Shown here one piece after another: positions 25,691-33,703 of a stretch of 64,000 nucleotides of DNA; position 1 is the stretch's first letter; every line of letters begins with the position of its first letter. The position numbers were made by a program, and so were the translations under genes. This DNA is from a virus (lineage: Duplodnaviria > Heunggongvirae > Uroviricota > Caudoviricetes), in the IMG/VR virus record IMGVR_UViG_3300009551_000042, one strand, 5' to 3'. The notes under the pieces were generated by a model, which was not told the origin of the DNA, ran no database searches, and saw only the letters and a list, made by a program, of their open reading frames with translations.

Positions 25691-26079
25691 TGGACCGCCC
25701 GGGAATCGAACCCGGGTCCACGAGACGGAACAGAGGATCTCGCTCACGCGCGTAGTCCGTTTAGAGCCCGGACGGGCTTGACGCCGGGGGGACGGCGCCT
25801 CCACCACCAGTGCCTACTAGAACGTCGATGGAAGGTGCACTGGAACCATCGTCGACAGCTGCCCGTGTATTTGCGCCGTGAGAGCTACTCGGGCTCTCGC
25901 ACCCACGACGGCTTACGCTGCCAGGGGCAGGTAAGCATCACCCTCGTCGGCTTGCGCCTCGAAGGGGACCGCGTTGTCGTTCGCAGTTACGTTTGCTCGC
26001 CGGGATTAACGACTCTCGCGAGCATGAGTCGGCGCGATCAATCCTACATCCACATCCCATGTCGAAACCTGTGCGGCCC
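25691..26079 (-). ncRNA. ssrA: tmRNA (ssrA-like), tag reading frame ANDNAVPFEAQADEGDAYLPLAA-stop
   Basis: Minus strand: 5' GGGCCGCACAGGTTTCGACATGGG (cf. bacterial GGGG...GGAUUCGACGGG); 3' T-arm ccggg-ttcgatt-cccgg plus acceptor gcggtcc pairing with the 5' end including G3-U70; tag ORF at plus 25904-25975 ending LAA-TAA. Confidence 0.7.
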
Positions 26080-26087
26080 AGACACGC

Positions 26088-26288
26088 TCAGTCGTTGTCG
26101 GTGAAAAACTCCTCAATGCCGCCGTGCGCCTCGATGTAGCGCCAAGCCAGCACGCCTGCGATTGCGATGGCGACGAAGAATCCGCCAATCAGGATGACAT
26201 CGAAAAACTTGATCACGAGCAGCGCAACGATTGCGACAACTGCCGTTGTGATGATGGTCTTCTTTTCCTCAGCCCAGAACTTTTCCAT
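26088..26288 (-). CDS. small membrane protein (2 TM)
   Basis: TAVVAIVALLVIKFF and IGGFFVAIAIAGVLAW. Confidence 0.55.
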   Translation of the reverse strand: MEKFWAEEKKTIITTAVVAIVALLVIKFFDVILIGGFFVAIAIAGVLAWRYIEAHGGIEEFFTDND

Positions 26289-26350
26289 GGTGCCTCCGTA
26301 AGCAAGAGCCAGCGCGCCCGCGTGATTGCGAGCGCGCCGACCCGAGCGGA

Positions 26351-26950
26351 TCAGTCGTGGAGAGCGCCGGAAAACGCGGCCATGAAATCGACGTCCGTCA
26401 GAGCCTTGACGTCCACGATGTCATGTTTTGCGTTGAGGTTGTCGTCCAGCTCGGTGAGGAACGTGCGGAGCCCGCTGTTGATCTCGCCGACGGTGAGGAA
26501 CGAGATCGCGAACTCGTGCTCTTCGCGAAGCTCGGAAGCGATCGTGCGGATCGTGTTCTTGACAGCCTCCGGGTCGCTCGGGGCGCCGTCCGTGGCTACG
26601 AACAGAACCGTCTGATCGTAGTTGCCTGCACGGTGGAGTTTGTAGGCCTCGCGGATCACGCCGGCCGTGTCCGTCATGCCTTCCTTGGCGTCCAGACCGT
26701 TGATGATCGTTTCCGCCTTGTCGGCCGTGACGCCCTTGTACGGGGTGATCCGCTCACCGAACGAAAGAACGTCGATACCGTCCGAGTCCCATTTGCTTGC
26801 TTCCTTGGCGAAGGTGATGACGCCTTCCTTCAGGTATTCGATGCGGCTCTTGCCGCCGGGGCAATCCTTGGTTTGCATCGACGCGCTCACGTCGACCGCG
26901 AAAATGAAGTTGTCGCCCTTGTTCAGCTCGAGTTGATTTGATTGGTCCAT
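26351..26950 (-). CDS. von Willebrand factor A (vWA) domain protein
   Basis: MIDAS FAVDVSASM; AAGGAACAGGAAA RBS before ATG 26950 (the longer 26998 start is less likely). Confidence 0.7.
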   Translation of the reverse strand: MDQSNQLELNKGDNFIFAVDVSASMQTKDCPGGKSRIEYLKEGVITFAKEASKWDSDGIDVLSFGERITPYKGVTADKAETIINGLDAKEGMTDTAGVIREAYKLHRAGNYDQTVLFVATDGAPSDPEAVKNTIRTIASELREEHEFAISFLTVGEINSGLRTFLTELDDNLNAKHDIVDVKALTDVDFMAAFSGALHD

Positions 26951-27039
26951 GTTATTTCCTGTTCCTTTCGTTGCACACACGTACACCTCCGCTCCCATGC
27001 GGGGTGATTGACTTGGTAGATGTTGAGCGTGACTCGGCG

Positions 27040-27264
27040 CTAGGCCGGCACCGTTGAATGCAGTGGCTTACGGTCGCCCTCAGTGCACAGCACAGGAGCA
27101 TCCAAGATGACCCGGAGTCCTTCGAGCGCAAGCCCAGCGACTGCTACGGCCTCACGCGCCTCAGCGTCGCCAGCAAGCGTGTCCGTGGCTGCGTGACGCA
27201 CCACAGAACGGAGCTGTGCGGTAACTTCAGCGGCGCGAGCAACGATACGATCGAAGCGCGTCAT
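27040..27264 (-). CDS. hypothetical small protein
   Basis: 74 aa; start directly abuts the palindromic operator-like site. Confidence 0.5.
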   Translation of the reverse strand: MTRFDRIVARAAEVTAQLRSVVRHAATDTLAGDAEAREAVAVAGLALEGLRVILDAPVLCTEGDRKPLHSTVPA

Positions 27265-27271
27265 CAGTTAT

Positions 27272-27296
27272 AAGTTATTACTGGCAGTAATAACTT
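27272..27296. promoter_or_regulatory. perfect palindrome AAGTTATTACTG-g-CAGTAATAACTT (operator-like)
   Basis: 12-bp inverted repeat with 1-nt spacer immediately upstream of the minus-strand gene; half-site variants recur at 28225-28238, 28307-28322, 31104-31135. Confidence 0.5.
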
Positions 27297-27312
27297 CGCG
27301 CAACAAAAATCG

Positions 27313-27618
27313 TCACGCCGACTGGACGTGCAGCAGAAACAGGCCGGATTTCACGCACATTGCGCTTGCTACATCGCACGCGATCCCGAGCGACGTCTCC
27401 AGACCAATGTCTTCGCTGACGAGAAATCCAAGCGCGAGCCACACTCCCCACTCGCTCTGCGCGTAGATGAGATCCTCTTCCAGGACGAACGCTTCGCCGT
27501 CGGGAACAGCGCTCGTCATCACGACGCTGTAGCCCAGCTCACCCGCGGCCACGTCGTAACGCGATCCGAGTCTACGCAGCTCAATGATCAGTTCCCGGCG
27601 CGCCCCAGACATCTTCAT
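27313..27618 (-). CDS. hypothetical protein
   Basis: Start at MKMSGARREL...; GC3-rich. The upstream Arg-rich extension is rejected, and the antisense ORF 27328-27645 judged spurious. Confidence 0.45.
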   Translation of the reverse strand: MKMSGARRELIIELRRLGSRYDVAAGELGYSVVMTSAVPDGEAFVLEEDLIYAQSEWGVWLALGFLVSEDIGLETSLGIACDVASAMCVKSGLFLLHVQSA

Positions 27619-27685
27619 GAGACCGCGCAGAGTGCCCCGCGCTAACAAAATCGTCAACGCAATCCCGCCCCGCGTGTGACTTTTT

Positions 27686-28210
27686 TTAGGGCTTGCTTCG
27701 GATCTTGCGCGACGATCGTCGAGTGCTGCCCGCGCTTCGTACGCTCGGCGGCGATGTGTCACTTCCTGAAGTACGCTTACGCCCGAACGTTTCGAGCATG
27801 GTGGCAACTGCGATCAGATCCAGGGCTTCCAACTGTTCAGGTGGGAACGACAGCACCGACCGACCCACGCGCTCCCACACTTTTTCAGTGAAGCGATTTC
27901 CAGCGACACGGCGCGCAGAAAATAGAGCCACTTGATAATTGGGCAGCTCGGAACACATGCGCAGTGTGTGCGAAGGGGCATCGTCTTCGATGTTTAGGAT
28001 CTCGTTGATGCTGATCCCAAGCTCACGCGCGATCTTGCTAGCGCTCTCAACGGACCCACCCATGTCACCGTTAACGAAGCGGTGAAGCCACGACTGGCTT
28101 TGCTCAATCGCAACAGCCGCGCTGCTCAAGTTGCCACCGTGAATCTCGATGAGGCGCCTCGCAAACGTGCGAACACGCTCGTTCATTTCTGGGGTTAGAT
28201 GAGCGGCCAC
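27686..28210 (-). CDS. HTH (XRE-like) transcriptional regulator, CI-like repressor candidate
   Basis: HTH SKIARELGISINEILNI; divergent from a Cro-like gene across an AT-rich intergenic region. Confidence 0.6.
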   Translation of the reverse strand: MAAHLTPEMNERVRTFARRLIEIHGGNLSSAAVAIEQSQSWLHRFVNGDMGGSVESASKIARELGISINEILNIEDDAPSHTLRMCSELPNYQVALFSARRVAGNRFTEKVWERVGRSVLSFPPEQLEALDLIAVATMLETFGRKRTSGSDTSPPSVRSAGSTRRSSRKIRSKP

Positions 28211-28326
28211 TGGCTTTTACCGAGGTTATTATAGTCAGGCATAAATCGCCACCAATTTTTTGACACGGAAACGTCGAATTTCACACAGGTTTTGATGGCG
28301 TCTATGCTTGGTAGTAATAAATTGTC
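28211..28326. promoter_or_regulatory. AT-rich divergent promoter/operator region (genetic-switch-like)
   Basis: Contains TTGACA (28256) and the operator-like half-sites gttattatagtcag and cttggtagtaataaat in inverted orientation. Confidence 0.45.
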
Positions 28327-28437
28327 TTGCACGTATGCAAAGCCGAGAGCACATTGCGAGGTGTGAGACGGCAGCTGAGGGAGCGGCGCTCCAGAACGCT
28401 AGCGGATCCACGGGGCACTGCAACTGATTTTGCATCA

Positions 28438-28671
28438 GTGCAAAAGGCTCCCGCCAGCGAGAATGATAGTGCTGCTGATTGGATCGGACAAGAGCTTGAA
28501 AAGTCCGGACTTTCGGTCGCCCAGCTAGCCGAAAAAGCAGGGATAGACCCGTCAACCGCATGGCGGTGGGCGAAGGGAATTGGAAACTTCAGCCAGGTGA
28601 AGGCTGTTCTTTTTCTGATGTCTTTCAACTCTGACAAGGCTGACTTAAGTCCCCCAGTCGCTGCTGAATAG
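28438..28671 (+). CDS. Cro/CI-type HTH protein
   Basis: HTH SGLSVAQLAEKAGIDPSTAWRWAKG; GTG 28438 start proposed (ATG 28327 alternative). Confidence 0.5.
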   Translation: MQKAPASENDSAADWIGQELEKSGLSVAQLAEKAGIDPSTAWRWAKGIGNFSQVKAVLFLMSFNSDKADLSPPVAAE

Positions 28672-28877
28672 ACCCCGGAACTAGCAAGTCCGCAGCCGCA
28701 AACGCAAGCGTTTTCAGCACGACCAATCCTATCGTGTGTGAAATTCGTGTACCTAATCCGCCACGGATCGGCCTTTAGGCATAACTTCGACAAGCAACCC
28801 CCGCGGGCTCAGAACCGCAGAAAACGACGCATTCTAGCGGCGAATGACCAGCCGCCCCTAAGACCGTAGGCCAGTTC

Positions 28878-30509
28878 ATGAAATACCTACAGCACTTCAA
28901 TCCGGCTCGCACGCCGCAGACCGAGCAAGCGTCCGCTAAGCAGGTCCCGAACTCGGCCGGCGGGTTTTCCTTTGCCGTCGACAACTGGAAGCGCCTGGAA
29001 AGGTTCGTGATCTTGGGGTCTGAGGGCGGCAGTTACTACGCGAGTGAGAAGACGCTGACCCGCGAAAGCGCCGCAGCTGTCCTGGCGTGCTGTGCGGAGG
29101 ATGGTCCGCGCGCCGTCAGTTCTGTCGTGGAAATCTCGGACAGCGGCCGGGCACCAAAGAACGATGCCGCTATATTTGCCCTAGCGCTTGCCGCCACGCA
29201 CGATAACCCGAGCGCTCGTGAGGCGGCGCTCTCCGCGCTACCGCGCGTGTGTCGAACCGGGACGCACCTGTTCCAGTTTGTTTCACAGGTCGATCAGATG
29301 CGCGGCTGGGGCAGAGCCCTACGGCGCGGCGTATCGAACTGGTACACGAGCAAGACGCAAGCTGACCTTGCGTTTCAGGTTTGCAAGTACCAGAACCGCG
29401 AGGGTTGGTCGCACGCTGACGTTCTAGCCCGCTGCCACGCGCGAAGCCTCGACCTGAATCCGGTGTTACGTTGGATCGTCGCTGGCATCAACGGGGGCGG
29501 TGAGCGCGCACATTACAGCCGGGAGATGCAGCTGTTTCGTGAGTATCCGGACCCGGGTCCCCTCCCCGAGTTCCTGATCGACTTCGAGGAGCTGAAGCAT
29601 GCTGACGAGAAGCGAACCATTCAGCTGATTCAAAAACACGGCTACACGCACGAAATGATCGCGACCGAGCATAAGAACTCGGCGGCGGTTTGGGAGTCAT
29701 TACTCCCGCGCATGGGCATGACCGCGCTCATTCGTAACCTGGGCAAACTGACCGAGGTCGGTTTACTCAAGCCGCTGAGTGCAGCCGCGCGAACAGTCTC
29801 CGAGCGATTGCAGGATCGAGAGGCCTTGCGCAAGGGGCGAGTCCATCCGATTCAAATGCTCTCGGCCCTCAGTGTCTACGCACAAGGCCACGGCGAGCGC
29901 GGGTCTCTGACCTGGGTTCCCGTTAGCACTGTGACCGATGCACTGAATGAGGGTTTCTATCAGTCGTTCGGAGTCATCCAGCCGAGCGGCAAGCGCCACA
30001 TGCTGGCGCTCGATGTTTCTGGAAGCATGACCTGCGGGCGCATCGCTGGAGTGCCGGGGCTCACGCCGCGCACTGCGTCTGCGTGCATGGCGATGGTGAC
30101 CGCCCGCGTTGAAAAGGAATGGGAGGTATACGGCTTCTCAGATCGCTTCATCAAGCTGGACATCAGCCCGACTCGTCGCCTGGACGAAATTTGCCACTAC
30201 ATGAACCGGTTGCCGTTCAGCTCGACGAATTGCTCGCTACCGATTCAGTTCGCGAGCCAGCAAAAGATGGAGGTCGATCTGTTCTCCGTCTACACCGACT
30301 CAGAGACCTACGCGGGCAATGAGCACCCGCACCAGTCACTGCGCCGATACCGGCAAAACATGGGTATTCCGGCTCGCATGGCCGTGATCGGGATGGTTTC
30401 CAACGGATTCACGATCGCTGATCCTGATGACGCCGGCATGCTGGACGTCGTCGGCTTTGACACAGCGACGCCCGCGCTACTTTCAGCGTTCGCGCGCGGC
30501 GACCTCTAG
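28878..30509 (+). CDS. rsr: Ro60-related protein (Rsr; TROVE domain plus C-terminal vWA)
   Basis: 543 aa; TROVE-like N-terminal region; C-terminal MIDAS LALDVSGSM. Confidence 0.8.
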   Translation: MKYLQHFNPARTPQTEQASAKQVPNSAGGFSFAVDNWKRLERFVILGSEGGSYYASEKTLTRESAAAVLACCAEDGPRAVSSVVEISDSGRAPKNDAAIFALALAATHDNPSAREAALSALPRVCRTGTHLFQFVSQVDQMRGWGRALRRGVSNWYTSKTQADLAFQVCKYQNREGWSHADVLARCHARSLDLNPVLRWIVAGINGGGERAHYSREMQLFREYPDPGPLPEFLIDFEELKHADEKRTIQLIQKHGYTHEMIATEHKNSAAVWESLLPRMGMTALIRNLGKLTEVGLLKPLSAAARTVSERLQDREALRKGRVHPIQMLSALSVYAQGHGERGSLTWVPVSTVTDALNEGFYQSFGVIQPSGKRHMLALDVSGSMTCGRIAGVPGLTPRTASACMAMVTARVEKEWEVYGFSDRFIKLDISPTRRLDEICHYMNRLPFSSTNCSLPIQFASQQKMEVDLFSVYTDSETYAGNEHPHQSLRRYRQNMGIPARMAVIGMVSNGFTIADPDDAGMLDVVGFDTATPALLSAFARGDL

Positions 30510-30627
30510 TAGCCAAACGAGGCCACAACTAAAACAAGACTACGGCACGAGCCGGAAGCTGGTGGGTTATCAATTGTAAACTGATGCCAACCCCACCGGC
30601 GCCACCTTTGTTCGTGCCAACTTTTAC

Positions 30628-30763
30628 GCAGGTGATCGTCTAGCGGTAGGACGCGAAAATCTCCCTTGACGCCCTCTTTGTCCAATCCTCGGTTGGGCCG
30701 ATAGTTGAGGGTTACCATCTTCAGGAGATCGAAACGCTGGTTCGAATCCAGCTCACCTGCCCA
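30628..30763 (+). ncRNA. Y RNA-like ncRNA (tRNA-mimic module plus long imperfect helix) downstream of rsr
   Basis: 8-bp acceptor-like stem gcaggtga/tcacctgc with CCA after it, D-arm gtc-tagcggtag-gac, T-arm gctgg-ttcgaat-ccagc; the anticodon arm is replaced by an ~80-nt bulged helix (atctcc/ggagat, gccctc/gagggt). Confidence 0.55.
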
Positions 30764-31103
30764 GAGCCCAGGGCCGCACGACGGAGGGTTAACCCGTTAA
30801 GTTTTCCCCCTCCGTCACCACCTTTGCCCGGGCTCGCCTACTTATGACTGAGAGAGTCTTCGTTCCGAGCTGGGTTCTCATAGGCCTGCTCTGTGCCATC
30901 GCGTGCGCCGCTGGCGTCGCTGCTGGTTGCCATTGATCGGGCGACTGGTCAGCTCCGGCCTAGCGGTCGGGTTCCTTGTCGGATTTTGCCTCGGGAGTTT
31001 CGTCGGCCTTCTATGCACCCGTTAACCGCACCGCTTGTTTTTTCCATCTTGGCGCGGATGCCCGTCTGTTGGGCTGACCGTCACGATCATAGAAAACCGT
31101 GGC

Positions 31104-31135
31104 AGTTATTGACTGTGGCGCATGCTATTACTGAG
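31104..31135. promoter_or_regulatory. operator-like motif copies gttattgactg / gctattactgagg
   Basis: Same GTTATTACTG family as the 27272 palindrome; lies in a ~350-nt apparently non-coding stretch after the Y RNA. Confidence 0.35.
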
Positions 31136-31166
31136 GTCGCCAACAGCTCACGGCAGCCAGTGGACA

Positions 31167-31495
31167 AGGCCGGAAAGCTCATCACGACGTTTTACCACGA
31201 GGGCCGCGGATGCCTCGACGTGCATAGCGGCGCGCATCGTGGTCCGGGGCGCGGGCCGTTTCAGCTCGAAGGCCAGAGCAAGCGCTACTCTGGGCCGTTC
31301 GTTGGGCTCGACTACGAATCCACCCTGAACGCCGCCCGTGTGGCTGGCGACGTTTTCGATCACTCGTATCAATGCGGCTCGACGCCCGCTGATGTTTTCA
31401 CGGCCTACGCCGGCCGCCCCTGCGGCAAGCCATGGCCGACCTTAGACGACAGAACGCGCACCTACCGCTGGGTTACGTGGAGGCTTAGTCAATGA
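31167..31495 (+). CDS. hypothetical protein (start uncertain)
   Basis: The ORF-track N-terminus looks like non-coding read-through; in-frame GTG at 31116 or 31167. Confidence 0.4.
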
Positions 31496-31755
31496 AATTC
31501 GAGGTGGAGATCGATAACGAGAAGGTCTTCGACACCAAGACCGGCTTGGATACGATCCATTGGAAGGTGACGCTCAAGCGGAACGGCGAGTTCATCTGTG
31601 AAACGACGGATGAGGATCTAGGCAAGGCCTTTGCTGACGCGCACCAGATGGCTACCCACGAAGTCGCCGAAGATCTGGCCGCGCGTGTAGGCGCGTTCTT
31701 TGAAGAGTTCGACACTATGCGCCGCCGCTTGGCGACTTTGGAGAAGAAGAAATGA
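31492..31755 (+). CDS. hypothetical protein
   Basis: GGAGG RBS, ATGA coupling. Confidence 0.55.
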   Translation: MKFEVEIDNEKVFDTKTGLDTIHWKVTLKRNGEFICETTDEDLGKAFADAHQMATHEVAEDLAARVGAFFEEFDTMRRRLATLEKKK

Positions 31756-32237
31756 TCGGGCACTCTCAAGGCATGGCCGCACTCATGCGCGACGTTGCTG
31801 CGTTCCACGCCGCACACGGAAGCGCGGACCCGACCAACCTGATAGAAAAGCCATGCGTAGAGGTCGTGCGTCTACGTGCGAAGCTGATCACGGAAGAGTA
31901 CTGCGAAACGATCGTTGCGATGTTCGCCGGCAACACGCCGGAGGTGAAGGCACTCCTGAAAGAGATGCTGCAACCCATCCTCGACGTGATCGACCAGTGC
32001 CCGGCAGACCACTTCGACCTTGAGGCAACCGCCGACGGACTAGCTGATCTGATTTACGTATCGGTCGGCACAGCTCTGGCTCTCGGGATGACCAGGTTTC
32101 CAAGTGTATGGTCCGAAGTGCAGCGGTCCAACATGGACAAGCTCGGCGGCGGTAGGCGTGAGGACGGGAAGATCCTCAAGCCAGAAGGCTGGAAGCCTCC
32201 ACACATCCACCATGCGCTTTACGACGTAGCCGTCTAA
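31752..32237 (+). CDS. all-alpha NTP pyrophosphohydrolase (MazG-like) candidate
   Basis: Acidic helices EEYCET...DLEATADGLADLIYV; ATGA coupling. Confidence 0.4.
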   Translation: MIGHSQGMAALMRDVAAFHAAHGSADPTNLIEKPCVEVVRLRAKLITEEYCETIVAMFAGNTPEVKALLKEMLQPILDVIDQCPADHFDLEATADGLADLIYVSVGTALALGMTRFPSVWSEVQRSNMDKLGGGRREDGKILKPEGWKPPHIHHALYDVAV

Positions 32238-32266
32238 TCGGCAGCAGTCGGGAGTCTCTCTGCGCC

Positions 32267-32605
32267 ATGCGTGGCGCCACGGGAAAGGTGTATCCAATGA
32301 TTAAGGATGGTCTGCGCCAAGCGCGAGCTTTGCTCGACGCCGGATGGTGCAAGGGCGCCTCTGCGCTCGACGCGGAAGGCCTAGCGTGCTGGTCTGATTC
32401 AAAGCGCGCTGTTTGCTTCTGTATGCTGGGCGCGATCAATCGCGCGTTTCCAGATGGCGGCCAGCGAGACATCGCCTTCAAGCTCATCAGGCCACTCATT
32501 CCCGCGAACTTTCTTGGGTCAATCTACGGGTTCAATGACGACCCGAAGACAACGAAAGCAATGGTTCTGGCGACCATGGACGAAGCAATCGAGGTAGCCC
32601 CATGA
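32267..32605 (+). CDS. hypothetical protein (paralog A)
   Basis: Shares ARALLDAGWCKG...C..LGAI pattern with the next gene. Confidence 0.55.
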   Translation: MRGATGKVYPMIKDGLRQARALLDAGWCKGASALDAEGLACWSDSKRAVCFCMLGAINRAFPDGGQRDIAFKLIRPLIPANFLGSIYGFNDDPKTTKAMVLATMDEAIEVAP

Positions 32606-32961
32606 CACCGATCGATATCCTGAAAGCAGCCCGCGACCTCATCGCCGACCCGAGTCGTTGGGCCCAAGGTTACTTCGCCAGGACTGAGACCGGTGAGTCG
32701 TGCGCCTCATACTGCGAGAAGGCCAGCTGCTGGTGTCTCTGGGGCGCCATCCTGAAGGTTTGCGGGTTCAGTGCGCACACGCAGACCACGCCAGAGGTTG
32801 AGGCTGCCTTGGGGCTCCTAGACCGCGCCGCGAGGTGCCTGTACCCGGACAGTTGGCGGATCAACATGCCGCGTTACTTCGCGGTAGTGAATGACGACCA
32901 AGACCACGCTGGTGTCCTCGCCCTGACGGACCTCGCCATAGAGCTAGCGGAGGCCGCGTGA
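32602..32961 (+). CDS. hypothetical protein (paralog B)
   Basis: ARDLIADPSRWAQG...CWCLWGAILK; ATGA coupling. Confidence 0.55.
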   Translation: MTPIDILKAARDLIADPSRWAQGYFARTETGESCASYCEKASCWCLWGAILKVCGFSAHTQTTPEVEAALGLLDRAARCLYPDSWRINMPRYFAVVNDDQDHAGVLALTDLAIELAEAA

Positions 32962-33161
32962 GTCTGCTTGGCATCGGGACCGTTGGTTGCGGAGTTGGAC
33001 TCCTACTCCTCGCCGCCTGGCTCGGAGTGACAGCGCTATTGGGGATCGGAGCCGCCTGGGTTCTGTCTTACTTCGGTTTGGTCGTGCCTTGGTACGTCTG
33101 CGCTGTCGCTCTGTTCATCCTGTCTAGCATCTTCCGCTTTGGCGTGACGGTGACCAAATGA
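32958..33161 (+). CDS. small membrane protein
   Basis: Two hydrophobic helices; GTGA coupling. Confidence 0.5.
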   Translation: MSLLGIGTVGCGVGLLLLAAWLGVTALLGIGAAWVLSYFGLVVPWYVCAVALFILSSIFRFGVTVTK

Positions 33162-33520
33162 AGTTCATCGTCTACCGGGACACCTGGCTGAGGGGCCGAA
33201 CCGATAGCGCTCTGCATATCCAGGGGCAGCGATGTTGCCTTGGGTTCCTGGGGTTGGCCTGCGGATACACGGACGAAGAGATGGACATGTCGGCCACACC
33301 CGACGATGTCTGTTTCTTGGGCAACCGCTGGCCCAAGGCGCTGGTCAGCCTCATGGAGGACGAAGAGTCGGCCGCCTTCTGCGATAGTCATCTGTGCTCG
33401 CAGATCATGGGGGAGAACGACGGGGGCGGTGTGACGGAAGCCGAGCGCGAAGCTCGGCTCACTGCCCTATTCGCCAAGGGCGGGATCGAGGTCGAGTTCA
33501 GGGACGGGGCCGGGCCGTGA
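33158..33520 (+). CDS. hypothetical Cys-rich protein
   Basis: ATGA coupling; 120 aa. Confidence 0.55.
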   Translation: MKFIVYRDTWLRGRTDSALHIQGQRCCLGFLGLACGYTDEEMDMSATPDDVCFLGNRWPKALVSLMEDEESAAFCDSHLCSQIMGENDGGGVTEAEREARLTALFAKGGIEVEFRDGAGP

Positions 33521-33703
33521 GACAGGCGCAACCGGCACTTGCTGTCGTGGAAACCACACCACGGGTAATAGCGGTCATAGAATCGCAACCAACGCCACAC
33601 CTTGAGGGGGCGCGGATCAAGCCCAGCCGTGAACTCATTGGCGCCATGGCAGATCTTTTGATCGCGGATCTACTTCGCAGGGGCCCGAAAAAGGAATAGG
33701 ATA

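Noticed and set aside
25589-26104. 171-aa plus-strand ORF and an apparent minus-strand 68-nt tRNA at 25691-25758
   Set aside because: Both are explained by the tmRNA: the ORF is antisense junk across it, and the tRNA-like piece is the tmRNA 3' tRNA-like domain, whose partner 5' strand lies 320 nt away.
27328-27645. 105-aa plus-strand ORF
   Set aside because: Antisense to the GC3-consistent minus-strand gene 27313-27618.
30844-30936. 30-aa hydrophobic ORF after the Y RNA
   Set aside because: No RBS and lies in a region dense with operator-like repeats; kept only as a possibility.
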